64,000 bases of DNA from positions 23,657 to 87,656 of the forward strand of contig JAVXAF010000002.1 of the NCBI GenBank assembly GCA_036660635.1, in the 5' to 3' direction. This DNA comes from Clostridia bacterium (GTDB lineage: Bacteria > Bacillota > Clostridia > TANB77 > CAG-465). A program made the translations under genes and the position numbers. The notes beneath the pieces are model-generated. The model was not told where the DNA came from. It ran no database searches and was given only the letters and a program-made list of their open reading frames with translations. Shown in pieces: positions 17,976-27,469 of this stretch. Numbering within the stretch: position 1 is the stretch's first letter; each line of letters starts with the position of its first letter.

Positions 17976-18845
17976 ATGGATAAAAGAAGTAAAAGTATAA
18001 AAAAAGTAAGTATATTAAGTTTAATTGCTAATATGATATTACTCATTTTAAAATTATTTATAGGATTGCTCTCTAATTCACAAGCCATGATAGCAGACGC
18101 ACTAAATAGTGCAGGAGATATTTTTGCATCAAGTATGTCTTTTATCGGCGCTAAGCTTTCTTCTAAGCCTAATGATAAAGACCATCCATATGGTCATGGA
18201 AAAGCAGAATATATATTTTCAATGCTAATTAGTTTATCAATGATAGTAGCGTCAATTCTTATGATTAAAAATGCTATACTAAGTATTGTAAATAAAACTC
18301 AAATAATATTTTCTGTATGGCTTGTAGTTGTTTGCATAGTTGTAATATGTACTAAAGTGTTATTATATATATATAGTAAAAACAAAAATATAAAAAATGG
18401 AAGTATATTGATTAAATCTATAATGGAAGATCATAGAAATGATATTTTTGTTACAACTGGAACTTTAATGGGTATTGTTTCGAGCTATTTTGGGCTATAT
18501 TTCGTCGATGGCTTTGTAGGCATATCAATTTCTATTTGGATACTTATTGTTGGAATAAGGCTATTTAAGGAAGCATATAAAACTTTAATGGATACAAACA
18601 TATCTTTAAAAGAAGAAAATGAAATTATAGAATATGTAACTTCTAATGAAGAAGTATTACATGTAGATAGTATTATTGCAAGACCTATTGGGCAACAATA
18701 TGTTATAATACTAAAACTGTCAATGAATTCATATAAAACCTTAGAACAATGCCATAAATTAAGCGGAATAATTAAAAGTCAATTAATGGAAAAGTTCGAA
18801 TATATTTCGGATGTTGTAATTCATATTAATCCACATGAGAATTAA
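17976..18845 (+). CDS. Cation diffusion facilitator family transporter
   Basis: ADALNSAGDIFAS in TM2 and HPYGHGKAEY. There are about six TM segments and a C-terminal cytoplasmic domain. I preferred ATG 17976 over GTG 17967. Confidence 0.85.
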   Translation: MDKRSKSIKKVSILSLIANMILLILKLFIGLLSNSQAMIADALNSAGDIFASSMSFIGAKLSSKPNDKDHPYGHGKAEYIFSMLISLSMIVASILMIKNAILSIVNKTQIIFSVWLVVVCIVVICTKVLLYIYSKNKNIKNGSILIKSIMEDHRNDIFVTTGTLMGIVSSYFGLYFVDGFVGISISIWILIVGIRLFKEAYKTLMDTNISLKEENEIIEYVTSNEEVLHVDSIIARPIGQQYVIILKLSMNSYKTLEQCHKLSGIIKSQLMEKFEYISDVVIHINPHEN

Positions 18846-18899
18846 AACAAAAAAGTATAGATAAATAGTCTATACTTTTCTTAATATAAGGAGTAAAAG

Positions 18900-19775
18900 A
18901 TGGAAAAATGCAATTTATGCCCACATAAGTGTAATGTAATAAGAAGTGAAAAAATTGGGTTTTGTGGGGCAACTGATAAAATTAAAATAGCTTTGGCCAG
19001 TTTACATTATTATGAGGAGCCATGCATAAGTGGTAAAAATGGATCAGGAACAATATTTTTTTCTCATTGTAATTTAAAATGTGTGTATTGTCAAAATTAT
19101 AAAATAAGTCAAGAAGATTTAGGAAAACCAATATCTATTTTAGAACTTGCAAATATATTTTTGGATCTTGAAGCAAAAAAAGCTAATAATATAAATCTAG
19201 TAACTCCAACTATTTATGCATTACAAATTAAAGAGGCAATAAAAATAGCAAGAAATAAAGGATTAAAAATACCAATAATATATAATTCTAGTGGCTACGA
19301 AAATGTAGAAACACTAAAAAAATTAGAGGGATATATTAATGTATATTTACCAGATTTTAAATATTTTGATAATGAAATTGCTTTAAAGTATTCGGGAATA
19401 AAAGACTATTATGAAAAGGCAAGTAGCTCAATTAAAGAAATGTATAGACAAGTAGGTCCACCTAAGTTTAATGAAAATCAAATCATACAAAATGGAATGA
19501 TAATAAGGCATTTAATACTACCTAATAATATAAAAAACACTAAAAGTGTTTTAAAATGGATAAAAGAAAACATCGGAAAAGAAGCATATATTAGTATAAT
19601 GGCACAATATTTTCCTACATATAAGGCAAAAAAAATTGAAAGTTTAAATAGGAAAATAACTAAAAAAGAATTAGAACAAGTTGAAAAATATATATATGAG
19701 TTAGACTTTGAAAATGGATATATACAAGAGCTTGGCAAACATGAAGAAGAATATGTTCCAAAGTTTGATATGTAA
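18900..19775 (+). CDS. Radical SAM protein (pyruvate formate-lyase activating enzyme-like family)
   Basis: CNLKCVYCQN is a CxxxCxxC cluster. There is an additional N-terminal Cys motif, CNLCPHKCNV...GFCG. Confidence 0.8.
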   Translation: MEKCNLCPHKCNVIRSEKIGFCGATDKIKIALASLHYYEEPCISGKNGSGTIFFSHCNLKCVYCQNYKISQEDLGKPISILELANIFLDLEAKKANNINLVTPTIYALQIKEAIKIARNKGLKIPIIYNSSGYENVETLKKLEGYINVYLPDFKYFDNEIALKYSGIKDYYEKASSSIKEMYRQVGPPKFNENQIIQNGMIIRHLILPNNIKNTKSVLKWIKENIGKEAYISIMAQYFPTYKAKKIESLNRKITKKELEQVEKYIYELDFENGYIQELGKHEEEYVPKFDM

Positions 19776-19780
19776 TTTAA

Positions 19781-19835
19781 AAAATAAAATTGTCTCAATA
19801 AATATTTAAGTTGAGACAATTTTATTTTATTTTTT
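19781..19835. terminator. Bidirectional terminator between convergent genes
   Basis: Perfect 18-bp stem AAAATAAAATTGTCTCAA / TTGAGACAATTTTATTTT with a 12-nt loop. It is flanked by A runs on one side and T runs on the other. Confidence 0.85.
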
Positions 19836-19950
19836 ATTTATTAGAATTACCGCAAAAACAAAATAAAAATACAATTATAATTAATATTATGATACAACTA
19901 TTTCCACCTAAAAGATTGCCTAAAAAGCCAACATTACAATCATCACTCAT
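19834..19950 (-). CDS. Tiny Cys/Gly-rich transmembrane peptide (38 aa), YjcZ-like tiny-TM sporulation protein family by resemblance
   Basis: Not in the ORF track. The translation is MSDDCNVGFLGNLLGGNSCIIILIIIVFLFCFCGNSNK. A strong AAAGGGAGG RBS lies 7 nt upstream. It sits directly downstream of the peroxiredoxin gene on the same strand. Confidence 0.5.
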   Translation of the reverse strand: MSDDCNVGFLGNLLGGNSCIIILIIIVFLFCFCGNSNK

Positions 19951-19965
19951 ATAAATTCCTCCCTT

Positions 19966-20763
19966 TTATTTACAATTACAGTTATCTTTATAATTTAAAT
20001 TCATATTACTCATTGAAAAATTAGAATGTTGCATCATAGTATTTTCAGACATGGTTCCCATTTGTGCAACTGTTTGATTAAAACATAAATACCAATCTAA
20101 ACAATTGTACCCAAGTGGATTGTTTAATCTTTCTACTAATTCGCAATATGTTTTAGGAGAAGGTACTATAGTGGGTTGACCTGGAAGCCAATTTACAGGA
20201 GTAGCAACACCTTCTTTATCAGTAGTTAAAAGAGAGTCTAAAATTCTAAGAAGTTCTCCGGTGTTTCTTCCGGTAGTCATAGGATATTGTAAAATACATC
20301 TTATTTTTTGATCTGGATCAATAAAAAACACATTTCTTACTGTTTGAGTATTACTAACATTAGGTGCAATCATTCCATAAGATTTAGATATTTTCATATC
20401 TAAATCTGAAATTACAGGAAAAGGTATTTCCACACCAGTTGATTTATGTATATTATTTACCCAAGCAAGGTGAGAGGGATTACTGTCTATTGATAAACCA
20501 ATTAAGCAACAATTTCTTTTTTCAAATTCGGGGTTTATTTTGGCAAGTGCTATAAACTCGGTAGTGCATACAGGCGTAAAATCACCTGGATGCGAAAAAA
20601 GTAATACCCATTTTCCTAAGTAGTCACTTAGTTTTAAAGCACCACATGTAGATACTGCACTAAAAGAAGGTGCTATATTTCCAATTTTAAGAGGATGTAT
20701 ATCCTCAAAAATCATATTTAAACACCTGTCATCTAAATTTTCGTTTAATTCATTTTTTTCCAT
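19966..20763 (-). CDS. Peroxiredoxin (1-Cys/Prx6-like) with N- and C-terminal extensions
   Basis: LFSHPGDFTPVCTTE peroxidatic-Cys motif in a thioredoxin fold. The unusual C-terminal tail ends NLNYKDNCNCK. Confidence 0.9.
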   Translation of the reverse strand: MEKNELNENLDDRCLNMIFEDIHPLKIGNIAPSFSAVSTCGALKLSDYLGKWVLLFSHPGDFTPVCTTEFIALAKINPEFEKRNCCLIGLSIDSNPSHLAWVNNIHKSTGVEIPFPVISDLDMKISKSYGMIAPNVSNTQTVRNVFFIDPDQKIRCILQYPMTTGRNTGELLRILDSLLTTDKEGVATPVNWLPGQPTIVPSPKTYCELVERLNNPLGYNCLDWYLCFNQTVAQMGTMSENTMMQHSNFSMSNMNLNYKDNCNCK

Positions 20764-20963
20764 AAAAATCCTCCTTAAAAATTATAATATATAGTATGCT
20801 AATTTAAAATGTTTGTGACACTAATACAAAATAAAGGTGCCAAACTGCTTATATGCAATGCCAAACTGATTTTTACTAGTTTCAACATATAAATGTAACA
20901 ATTTACAAACTATGATAAAATTTTCAAAGAATTTAAGATATAATCTTAACAGAGGTAATAAAT

Positions 20964-21590
20964 ATGGTTGACAAAATTAGCATTTATATCTTGGATAATA
21001 TTTTATATAAAAATGAAAAAATAGAATCAGATCAAAGAGAAATGATGATTTTTGGAATAACTAGAATAGTAGAAGATATACCTAAATATTTAATTATTTT
21101 AATAATTAGTATATGTTTTAAAATATTACCTATGGTTGGAATTGTACTTGGAGTTACCGTTGCATATAAAACCTTTATAGGTGGAGCACATGCAAGAACA
21201 AATATTGGATGCTTAATATCATCAAGTATATATTTTTTGGCACCTGTATTTATAAGTAAAAATGTAAATATAAGCTTAAAAACTTTATACTTTTTTATAG
21301 TAGCAATATTTATATTTTCTTTATATGTAATCGTTAAAAGAGCTCCAGCAGATACTGAAGAAATTCCAATTATAAATAAAAAGAAAAGAAAGCTTTTCAA
21401 AATGTTTGCTTTTTTATCTTTAATTACAATATATATATTTACTTTAACCATTATTAAGAGCTTAAATATAAAAATAATGATTTTTATAACCATTCTTTTG
21501 ATAGATACTTTTGCAACAAAACCACTATATAAATTCTTTAATTGCAAATATAGCTATGAATCAGATGAGTTTAAGCAATATTTTAATTAG
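20964..21590 (+). CDS. agrB: Accessory gene regulator B (AgrB-type peptide-processing membrane protease)
   Basis: Polytopic membrane protein with the AgrB signature FIGGAHARTNIGCLISS (catalytic His/Cys region). Confidence 0.85.
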   Translation: MVDKISIYILDNILYKNEKIESDQREMMIFGITRIVEDIPKYLIILIISICFKILPMVGIVLGVTVAYKTFIGGAHARTNIGCLISSSIYFLAPVFISKNVNISLKTLYFFIVAIFIFSLYVIVKRAPADTEEIPIINKKKRKLFKMFAFLSLITIYIFTLTIIKSLNIKIMIFITILLIDTFATKPLYKFFNCKYSYESDEFKQYFN

Positions 21591-21726
21591 ATATATGAGA
21601 ATGATATAATAAAAATATTATTCTTTATATATATATAAAACTTAAGTTTTGCAAATCTTATATGTAATTACAAGCTTTTTTGGATGCACATATCGGGTGT
21701 ATTATTTTAAAAGAATTGAACATTCA

Positions 21727-21762
21727 CTTAACAACGTAAGCTAATGTTAACTTGCATGTAAG
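21727..21762 (+). promoter_or_regulatory. Candidate LytTR-type direct repeats upstream of agrD
   Basis: TTAACAACGTAAG and TTAACTTGCATGTAAG. The two GTAAG cores are 22 nt apart, close to the 21-nt phasing known for AgrA-type sites. This is a by-eye match only. Confidence 0.3.
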
Positions 21763-21791
21763 GACTAGTTTAAAAAAAGGAGGTATATATT

Positions 21792-21905
21792 ATGAAAAAA
21801 ATCGTAAAAAAATTAGTGGAGATGTACGCAAAATCATCAACAAATAGTTGCTTTTTTGTTTTATTTCATCAACCTAAAATGCCAAGAACTATGATTCAAA
21901 AATAA
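21792..21905 (+). CDS. agrD: AgrD-type autoinducing peptide precursor (37 aa)
   Basis: Not in the ORF track. The translation is MKKIVKKLVEMYAKSSTNSCFFVLFHQPKMPRTMIQK. It has an amphipathic leader, a Cys-containing core, then an HQPxxP-type recognition tail as in clostridial AgrD. AAAGGAGGT RBS lies upstream. Confidence 0.7.
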   Translation: MKKIVKKLVEMYAKSSTNSCFFVLFHQPKMPRTMIQK

Positions 21906-21981
21906 TTGATATAGTAAAAAATGTAGAAAAAAACACTTCATATTGCAATATGGAGTGTAATTTTTTTATATAGATTAATTG

Positions 21982-23319
21982 TTAAATGGATTTTTCTATA
22001 ATTAAATTTTGTACGAATTTATTTTTTTCAATAGTTGCAAAAATTTGAGAGTTTGAATTTTTACTAACTATTTTTTTAACTTCCCACAGACCAATACCAG
22101 ATTTTATCTTTTTAGATGAAAATCCTTTTTCATAAATTTTGTTGAGATCTATATTTTTATCTAAACTAAAAGTGTTAAATATTTTAATAACATCAGAGCA
22201 CTTTTTCTTATCATAAGACATTTCTATTTTTATATATTTGTCGTTTATTTTATCAGTAGCCTCTATGGCATTATCAATCAAAATACCAAGTATTCTAGAC
22301 AAATCAGGCTTTGAAAATTGTATTTCGGCTATATTAGTAGTAATATCCAACTCAACTGGAATATCCTTTTCATTAGCAATAAAAAACTTTGAACCAACTA
22401 TTCCGTAAATTGCGGGATCATTAAAGACCTTGGGATCTATAGTTGAAATATTATTAATTACACTACATTCTCCAAGAACTGAGTTTATATGATCTTGTAA
22501 TTTATCATATTGTTTAGTAGACATATATCCATTTAATGCTTGTATAATATTGTTATAATCATGCTTTATAGTACGAACTCCATCGATCATTCCACTCATT
22601 GTTTTGTTATGGAGCTTTGTCAATGTAAGCTCTGATACAACTAATTCTTTTCCAACAGTAATATTAAAATATGATATTGTTATAACACATACACAAATTA
22701 ATTGAATACTATTTACAAATAGAAAAACAGGAGGATAACTATATTTAGTTAATACAAAAATTGCAACTTGCGGTACTAAACATATAGCAACTATAAATAA
22801 AAACATTTTGACTTGTTTAGGAGACATTTTATTTAAATTGTTTTTTAAGCCAATTAATTTTTCTTTATAGTGAAGGATTAATTGAATTATTCCAAAAGCT
22901 AATAGTATTTGTAAAACGATTACAAGAAAGTATAAAACAGTACTTTCTAATAATACATGTGAGGGTTTACGAAAAATCACCATAATTCCTGTACAAGCTA
23001 GTAATTCTGTTATTGATAAAAAAGCAAATGTTAGAAAAGGTATAGATAGTGATTGTAACTTGGTAAGCTTTAGCATATATTTACCAGTTAAAAACATAAA
23101 TATTGAAACCGTCAAGTAACCAATAATTTGTAATTTACCTTTTAACACCATGCCTAATGTTACCATAATTATAGATGAACCTATTATTGAAATAATTTGC
23201 TTTTTGGTACAATGCTCATCTGTAAATAAAATTTTAAGCAACATTAAAAAATATGAAAACATGGCTGTTTGAATCAGAATACTAATTATTTTTAAAGTTA
23301 TATTTAACATTTTCTCCAC
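21982..23319 (-). CDS. AgrC-like (HPK10-type) membrane sensor histidine kinase
   Basis: The N-terminal half has about 6-7 TM helices. H-box is RTIKHDYNNIIQAL. The ATPase domain includes ILIDNAIEAT and GIGLWEVKKIV. Confidence 0.8.
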   Translation of the reverse strand: MEKMLNITLKIISILIQTAMFSYFLMLLKILFTDEHCTKKQIISIIGSSIIMVTLGMVLKGKLQIIGYLTVSIFMFLTGKYMLKLTKLQSLSIPFLTFAFLSITELLACTGIMVIFRKPSHVLLESTVLYFLVIVLQILLAFGIIQLILHYKEKLIGLKNNLNKMSPKQVKMFLFIVAICLVPQVAIFVLTKYSYPPVFLFVNSIQLICVCVITISYFNITVGKELVVSELTLTKLHNKTMSGMIDGVRTIKHDYNNIIQALNGYMSTKQYDKLQDHINSVLGECSVINNISTIDPKVFNDPAIYGIVGSKFFIANEKDIPVELDITTNIAEIQFSKPDLSRILGILIDNAIEATDKINDKYIKIEMSYDKKKCSDVIKIFNTFSLDKNIDLNKIYEKGFSSKKIKSGIGLWEVKKIVSKNSNSQIFATIEKNKFVQNLIIEKSI

Positions 23320-23325
23320 TCCTTA

Positions 23326-24000
23326 TTATATTTCAAAGTGCGAATTTATAGGACAACGCAGTTCTTTTGAAAAATACACAAAATGATCTTTTTTATCTAT
23401 ACAGTATACTTTATCTGTATTTATTATATAAGATCTATGAGATTTTCTAAAATTATTTGGTAACTTCTCTATTAAAGATTCTAAAGTTTTTGTTGATTCA
23501 AGAGTTTCACTCTTAGTATATATTATTGATTTATTACCGAGTTTTTCTATATATAAAATATCATTAACTCTTACAGATATCCATCTATTTAGATGTAAAA
23601 AGATGTTATTACTTACTTCAAATTCATCTTTTAGTCTACATACTAAATCTTGAACAATTGCTCTGTTTATTGGCTTCACTAAGTAATCAAATACTTTTGC
23701 AAAAAATGAAATATGCATATATCTTTGATGAGCAGATATAAAAATAAGGTAAAAGTCTTTATTGTATTTCCTTAAGTCTCTGGCAAATTCTAAACCGTTT
23801 TTACCACCATTTTTAAAATCTATATCTAAGAAAAGTATATCAATTTGCTTGTTTATTATTTGTTTGTAAATTTCATGCTGATCAGTAGTTACTAGATCAA
23901 TCTCAGCATCAAAGTTTTGCTCAATAAATTCTGATTCTAAAAATGTTTGCAAAGGTTGCAAAGTAATAAGGTTGTCATCGCACATACCAATTTTAATCAT
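23326..24000 (-). CDS. LytTR-family response regulator (AgrA-like)
   Basis: Receiver domain with IDILFLDIDF. C-terminal LytTR domain reads ISVRVNDILYIEKLGNKSIIYT...FRKSHRSYIIN. Confidence 0.9.
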   Translation of the reverse strand: MIKIGMCDDNLITLQPLQTFLESEFIEQNFDAEIDLVTTDQHEIYKQIINKQIDILFLDIDFKNGGKNGLEFARDLRKYNKDFYLIFISAHQRYMHISFFAKVFDYLVKPINRAIVQDLVCRLKDEFEVSNNIFLHLNRWISVRVNDILYIEKLGNKSIIYTKSETLESTKTLESLIEKLPNNFRKSHRSYIINTDKVYCIDKKDHFVYFSKELRCPINSHFEI

Positions 24001-24166
24001 ATCTTTCCTCGACTTCCAATTTTTAACACATTATTAAATATACTACAAAAATATACATTTGTCAACAGATTTCAATGCTAACTTTCCTACAAAATTCGAC
24101 ATTTTCAGCACTTTTAATAATCATAAAATTCTGATAATATAATATAATATATGAGGAGTGATTAAG

Positions 24167-24505
24167 ATGCTTTCAAAAAGAAAAGAAAAGAAAAAATGGT
24201 CAAAAAATATTATGAATTCACTTACAATAAAACAAAAAATAGAGACCGCAAGAGATAGATTTTCAGAGTTTTTTGAACTTCCAAATGAGGTGGTAGCTGG
24301 AAGTGCAAAAATAACAAGCATTGAAAATAAAAGTGTATTAATAGAAGGATATAAAAAAATTATTGATTATTATAATAATTATATTAAAATCAAAACTAAC
24401 AATATGAATGTTGTTATTGATGGTGCAAACTTGGATATAAAAGAAATCACAGATAGTGAACTTCTAATTGAAGGGGATATTTATAGTATAAATTATAATA
24501 AATAA
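24167..24505 (+). CDS. yqfC: Sporulation protein YqfC (YabP family)
   Basis: The YabP-family core is SAKITSIENKSVLIEGYKKIIDYYNNYIKIKT...LLIEGDIYSINY. It lies directly upstream of yqfD. I chose ATG 24167, which has a GAGGAG RBS. Confidence 0.8.
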   Translation: MLSKRKEKKKWSKNIMNSLTIKQKIETARDRFSEFFELPNEVVAGSAKITSIENKSVLIEGYKKIIDYYNNYIKIKTNNMNVVIDGANLDIKEITDSELLIEGDIYSINYNK

Positions 24506-24519
24506 AATAGGGGGAATCT

Positions 24520-25704
24520 ATGAATCTTACAAATAGTATTAAGAATATATTAGGGGTTGTTACAGTTCAAATAGAGGGCTTTTTTACCGAAAGATTTATA
24601 AACCTGTGCAAAATAAATAATATTAAAATTTGGGAAGTTCGAAATGTGGTAAAAGGAGTGATAAGATTTAAAATAAACATTTCTGAGTTTAAAAAACTAA
24701 AAAAAGTTGCCAAAAAAACCAAGTGCAAAATTAAAATCAAAGAAAAAAAAGGAATATATTTTAAATTATTTAAATACAGAAAAAGGAAGTTTGCCGCAAT
24801 TTTATTGTTTTTTGCATTAATTTTTTGTATTCTATTTTCTACTGTCATTTGGAATATTAATATAAGCGGAAATGATACAATTACATCAGAAGAATTATTA
24901 AACCAGCTAAAAGAATCTGGACTATACGTGGGTAAGACTAAAATAGGTTTGGACAAAAAGAAAATTATTAACAATTTAAGACTTACATCAAAAGATGTAT
25001 CTTGGGTGGGTTTAGAAATTAATGGAACACAAGCCAATATTAAGGTTGTAGAAAAAACAAGACTAGAAAAAAGAGATATACAACAGATAAAACCTGGAGA
25101 TATAATTGCAACAAAATCAGGTATAATAACAAAGATTGTACCAGAAAATGGCACGGCTAAGTATAAAGTTGGAAGTTATATTGAAGAGGGAACAATTGTA
25201 ATAGAGGGAACAATATATAGCAAGTTTATAGAGCCAATTCAGGTTCCGGCAAAGGGAATATTTAGAATTGATTGTGATTATACTTTTGAAAAAGAATATA
25301 AATATGAACAAGTACAAAAAGAGTATACTGGTAAAAAGTTTTTCACTATAGGAATTGGAATAAATTATAAAGAAAATATGTTTAATTATTTGAATAAATC
25401 TAAAAAATATGATATAAGTAAAATAAGTAAGAAAATGAATTTTTTTGGAAAAGTTATTTCATTTGATTTTTATAAATGTGTGGAATATGTTCAAAAGTCT
25501 CATGTAGGCACTAAGGAAGAACTACTAAATAAAGCAAATTTAGAAAGTGAAGAATATTTTAAAAAAGAAATATTAGCAAAATTAAATGAACCAAAGTTGG
25601 TAAAACAAAATGAAAATATATTAGAAAAAGAAGATGGAATAATAGTAAAAAAAGTATATACATTAAACGAAGAAGTTGGTAAATTTGTGGAAAGGAACTA
25701 CTGA
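24520..25704 (+). CDS. yqfD: Sporulation protein YqfD
   Basis: The size, a single central TM (FAAILLFFALIFCILFSTVIW) and WNINISGND motif match YqfD. Gene order yqfC-yqfD-ybeY-dgkA-cdd follows the Bacillus yqf cluster. Confidence 0.8.
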   Translation: MNLTNSIKNILGVVTVQIEGFFTERFINLCKINNIKIWEVRNVVKGVIRFKINISEFKKLKKVAKKTKCKIKIKEKKGIYFKLFKYRKRKFAAILLFFALIFCILFSTVIWNINISGNDTITSEELLNQLKESGLYVGKTKIGLDKKKIINNLRLTSKDVSWVGLEINGTQANIKVVEKTRLEKRDIQQIKPGDIIATKSGIITKIVPENGTAKYKVGSYIEEGTIVIEGTIYSKFIEPIQVPAKGIFRIDCDYTFEKEYKYEQVQKEYTGKKFFTIGIGINYKENMFNYLNKSKKYDISKISKKMNFFGKVISFDFYKCVEYVQKSHVGTKEELLNKANLESEEYFKKEILAKLNEPKLVKQNENILEKEDGIIVKKVYTLNEEVGKFVERNY

Positions 25705-26222
25705 TGAATATAAATATAGATTTAGATGGAAAAATAATAAAATTTTTATCAGATGAAACAAAAAAAGATAACAATACTTTTAGTAAATATATTGAAGATA
25801 TAGTATATTTTGCGTTACTTGAGCAAAAAATAGAAATAGAAAATATATTTATATCTATCAAAAGTGCAAATGAAAAAAAAATAAAGCAAATCAATAAAGA
25901 TTATAGAAATATAGATAAGGTTACAGATGTACTTTCTTTTCCTATTTTCGATGCAGACGAATTTAGTAAAATAATTAATGAGAAACAAGAACAAAAAAAG
26001 ATGAAGGCTATTGAACTTGGAGATATAGTTATATGTTTAGATAGGGTAAAGCAACAGTCCATTGAATATAAGACAGGCATTTTAAGAGAAATGCTTTATA
26101 TGATTACACATGGAGTTTGCCACTTGCTAGGATATGATCATCAAAGTGATGACCAGAAAACACAAATGAGAAAAATAGAGGAAAATATTTTAGATAAGAT
26201 AGGAGTAGGAAAAAATGAGTAA
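25704..26222 (+). CDS. ybeY: rRNA maturation endoribonuclease YbeY
   Basis: Zinc motif HGVCHLLGYDH and TDVLSFP motif. Confidence 0.9.
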   Translation: MNINIDLDGKIIKFLSDETKKDNNTFSKYIEDIVYFALLEQKIEIENIFISIKSANEKKIKQINKDYRNIDKVTDVLSFPIFDADEFSKIINEKQEQKKMKAIELGDIVICLDRVKQQSIEYKTGILREMLYMITHGVCHLLGYDHQSDDQKTQMRKIEENILDKIGVGKNE

Positions 26223-27009
26223 TATTTCTGAGACCAAAAAAAAAGAAAATTTAGAAAAAATTAAAATGACAAAAAATAAAAGCTTTTTTACATCAATGGG
26301 ACATGCACTAGATGGAATAATAAGAGCCTTTAAGACTGAAAGAAATTTAAGAATAGATTATATAATAGGACTATTTGTTTTAATTAGTAGCTTATTTTTC
26401 GATTTTACCAAAACAGAATTTGCGTGTCTTTGTCTTACAATTGGATTTGTAATATTTGCAGAAATGATTAATTCTACCGTAGAGTATATAGTAGACCTTG
26501 CAACAGATAAATATGATGATAGAGCAAAAGCTGCCAAAGATATTGCAGCAGGTGGAGTACTTCTTGCTAGTGGAGTAGCTATTGTTGTTGCATATTTTCT
26601 GTTTGCAGATAAAATATATAATGCAACAACTGTAGTTTTAAGCTCAGTGTTAGAATCAAAGATACATATTTTGTTTACAATTATATTTGCTATAGTACTG
26701 CTAGCTGTCATTTTAAAAGGAATGTTTGGAAAAAATGATAAATATTCACAGATTTATCCAAGCGCTAGAGTTGCACTTGCTTTTGCACTTACAACATATG
26801 TATATATAATCACAAAAAGTATGTTTGTTGGTGTAATTTCACTTATTCTTAGCATAATAATTGCTCAAATAAAGATTGAAAATGGGAAAACCAAACCTTT
26901 ATTTATGATATTTAGTGCTGTGCTAGGTGTTCTTGTTGTACTAATAGTATATCAGATTGTATTAATGAGACCGGAAATAATTAATATGTTTAGTTTTATC
27001 AAAAAATAA
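26215..27009 (+). CDS. dgkA: Diacylglycerol/undecaprenol kinase (DgkA family) fused to an extra C-terminal multi-TM segment
   Basis: The N-terminal half carries DgkA-like sequence: FTSMGHALDGIIRAFKTERNLRID, EMINSTVEYIVD, AKDIAAGGVLL. About 120 further residues of hydrophobic helices follow. Confidence 0.75.
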   Translation: MSNISETKKKENLEKIKMTKNKSFFTSMGHALDGIIRAFKTERNLRIDYIIGLFVLISSLFFDFTKTEFACLCLTIGFVIFAEMINSTVEYIVDLATDKYDDRAKAAKDIAAGGVLLASGVAIVVAYFLFADKIYNATTVVLSSVLESKIHILFTIIFAIVLLAVILKGMFGKNDKYSQIYPSARVALAFALTTYVYIITKSMFVGVISLILSIIIAQIKIENGKTKPLFMIFSAVLGVLVVLIVYQIVLMRPEIINMFSFIKK

Positions 27010-27021
27010 AAATAGGAGGTA

Positions 27022-27423
27022 ATGATGAATAGTATTGATTTATTAAAAATTGCTGAAAATGCAAGGAAGAATTCTTTATGTAAATGTTCTTCATATAGTG
27101 TTGGAGCAGCTTTACTTGCAAAGTCTGGTACAGTATATATTGGAGCTAATATAGAAGACCCTGTTATAATGGGGCTTTCAAATTGTGCTGAGAGAGTAGC
27201 TTTTCAAAATGCATTCTCACATGGTGAGAGAAACTTTGAGGCAATTGCAATTGTTGGCGCAAACAAAGATGAAAATGCTAAATTAGATGTGATACCTTGT
27301 GGTATGTGTATACAATATATTTTAGATATGTGTGATGATATAAGTATAATTACATATGACAAAAATGGTGAGGTCAAGTCTAATAAGGTAGATTATTATA
27401 TAAAAGGAACATTCAAAATTTAA
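27022..27423 (+). CDS. cdd: Cytidine deaminase
   Basis: Zinc ligand motifs CAERVA and PCGMCIQ. ATG 27025 has better RBS spacing than 27022. Confidence 0.85.
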   Translation: MMNSIDLLKIAENARKNSLCKCSSYSVGAALLAKSGTVYIGANIEDPVIMGLSNCAERVAFQNAFSHGERNFEAIAIVGANKDENAKLDVIPCGMCIQYILDMCDDISIITYDKNGEVKSNKVDYYIKGTFKI

Positions 27424-27469
27424 AAATAATATATAATAAAAAAGTGCATATAATGTAAGAGGTGATTTT

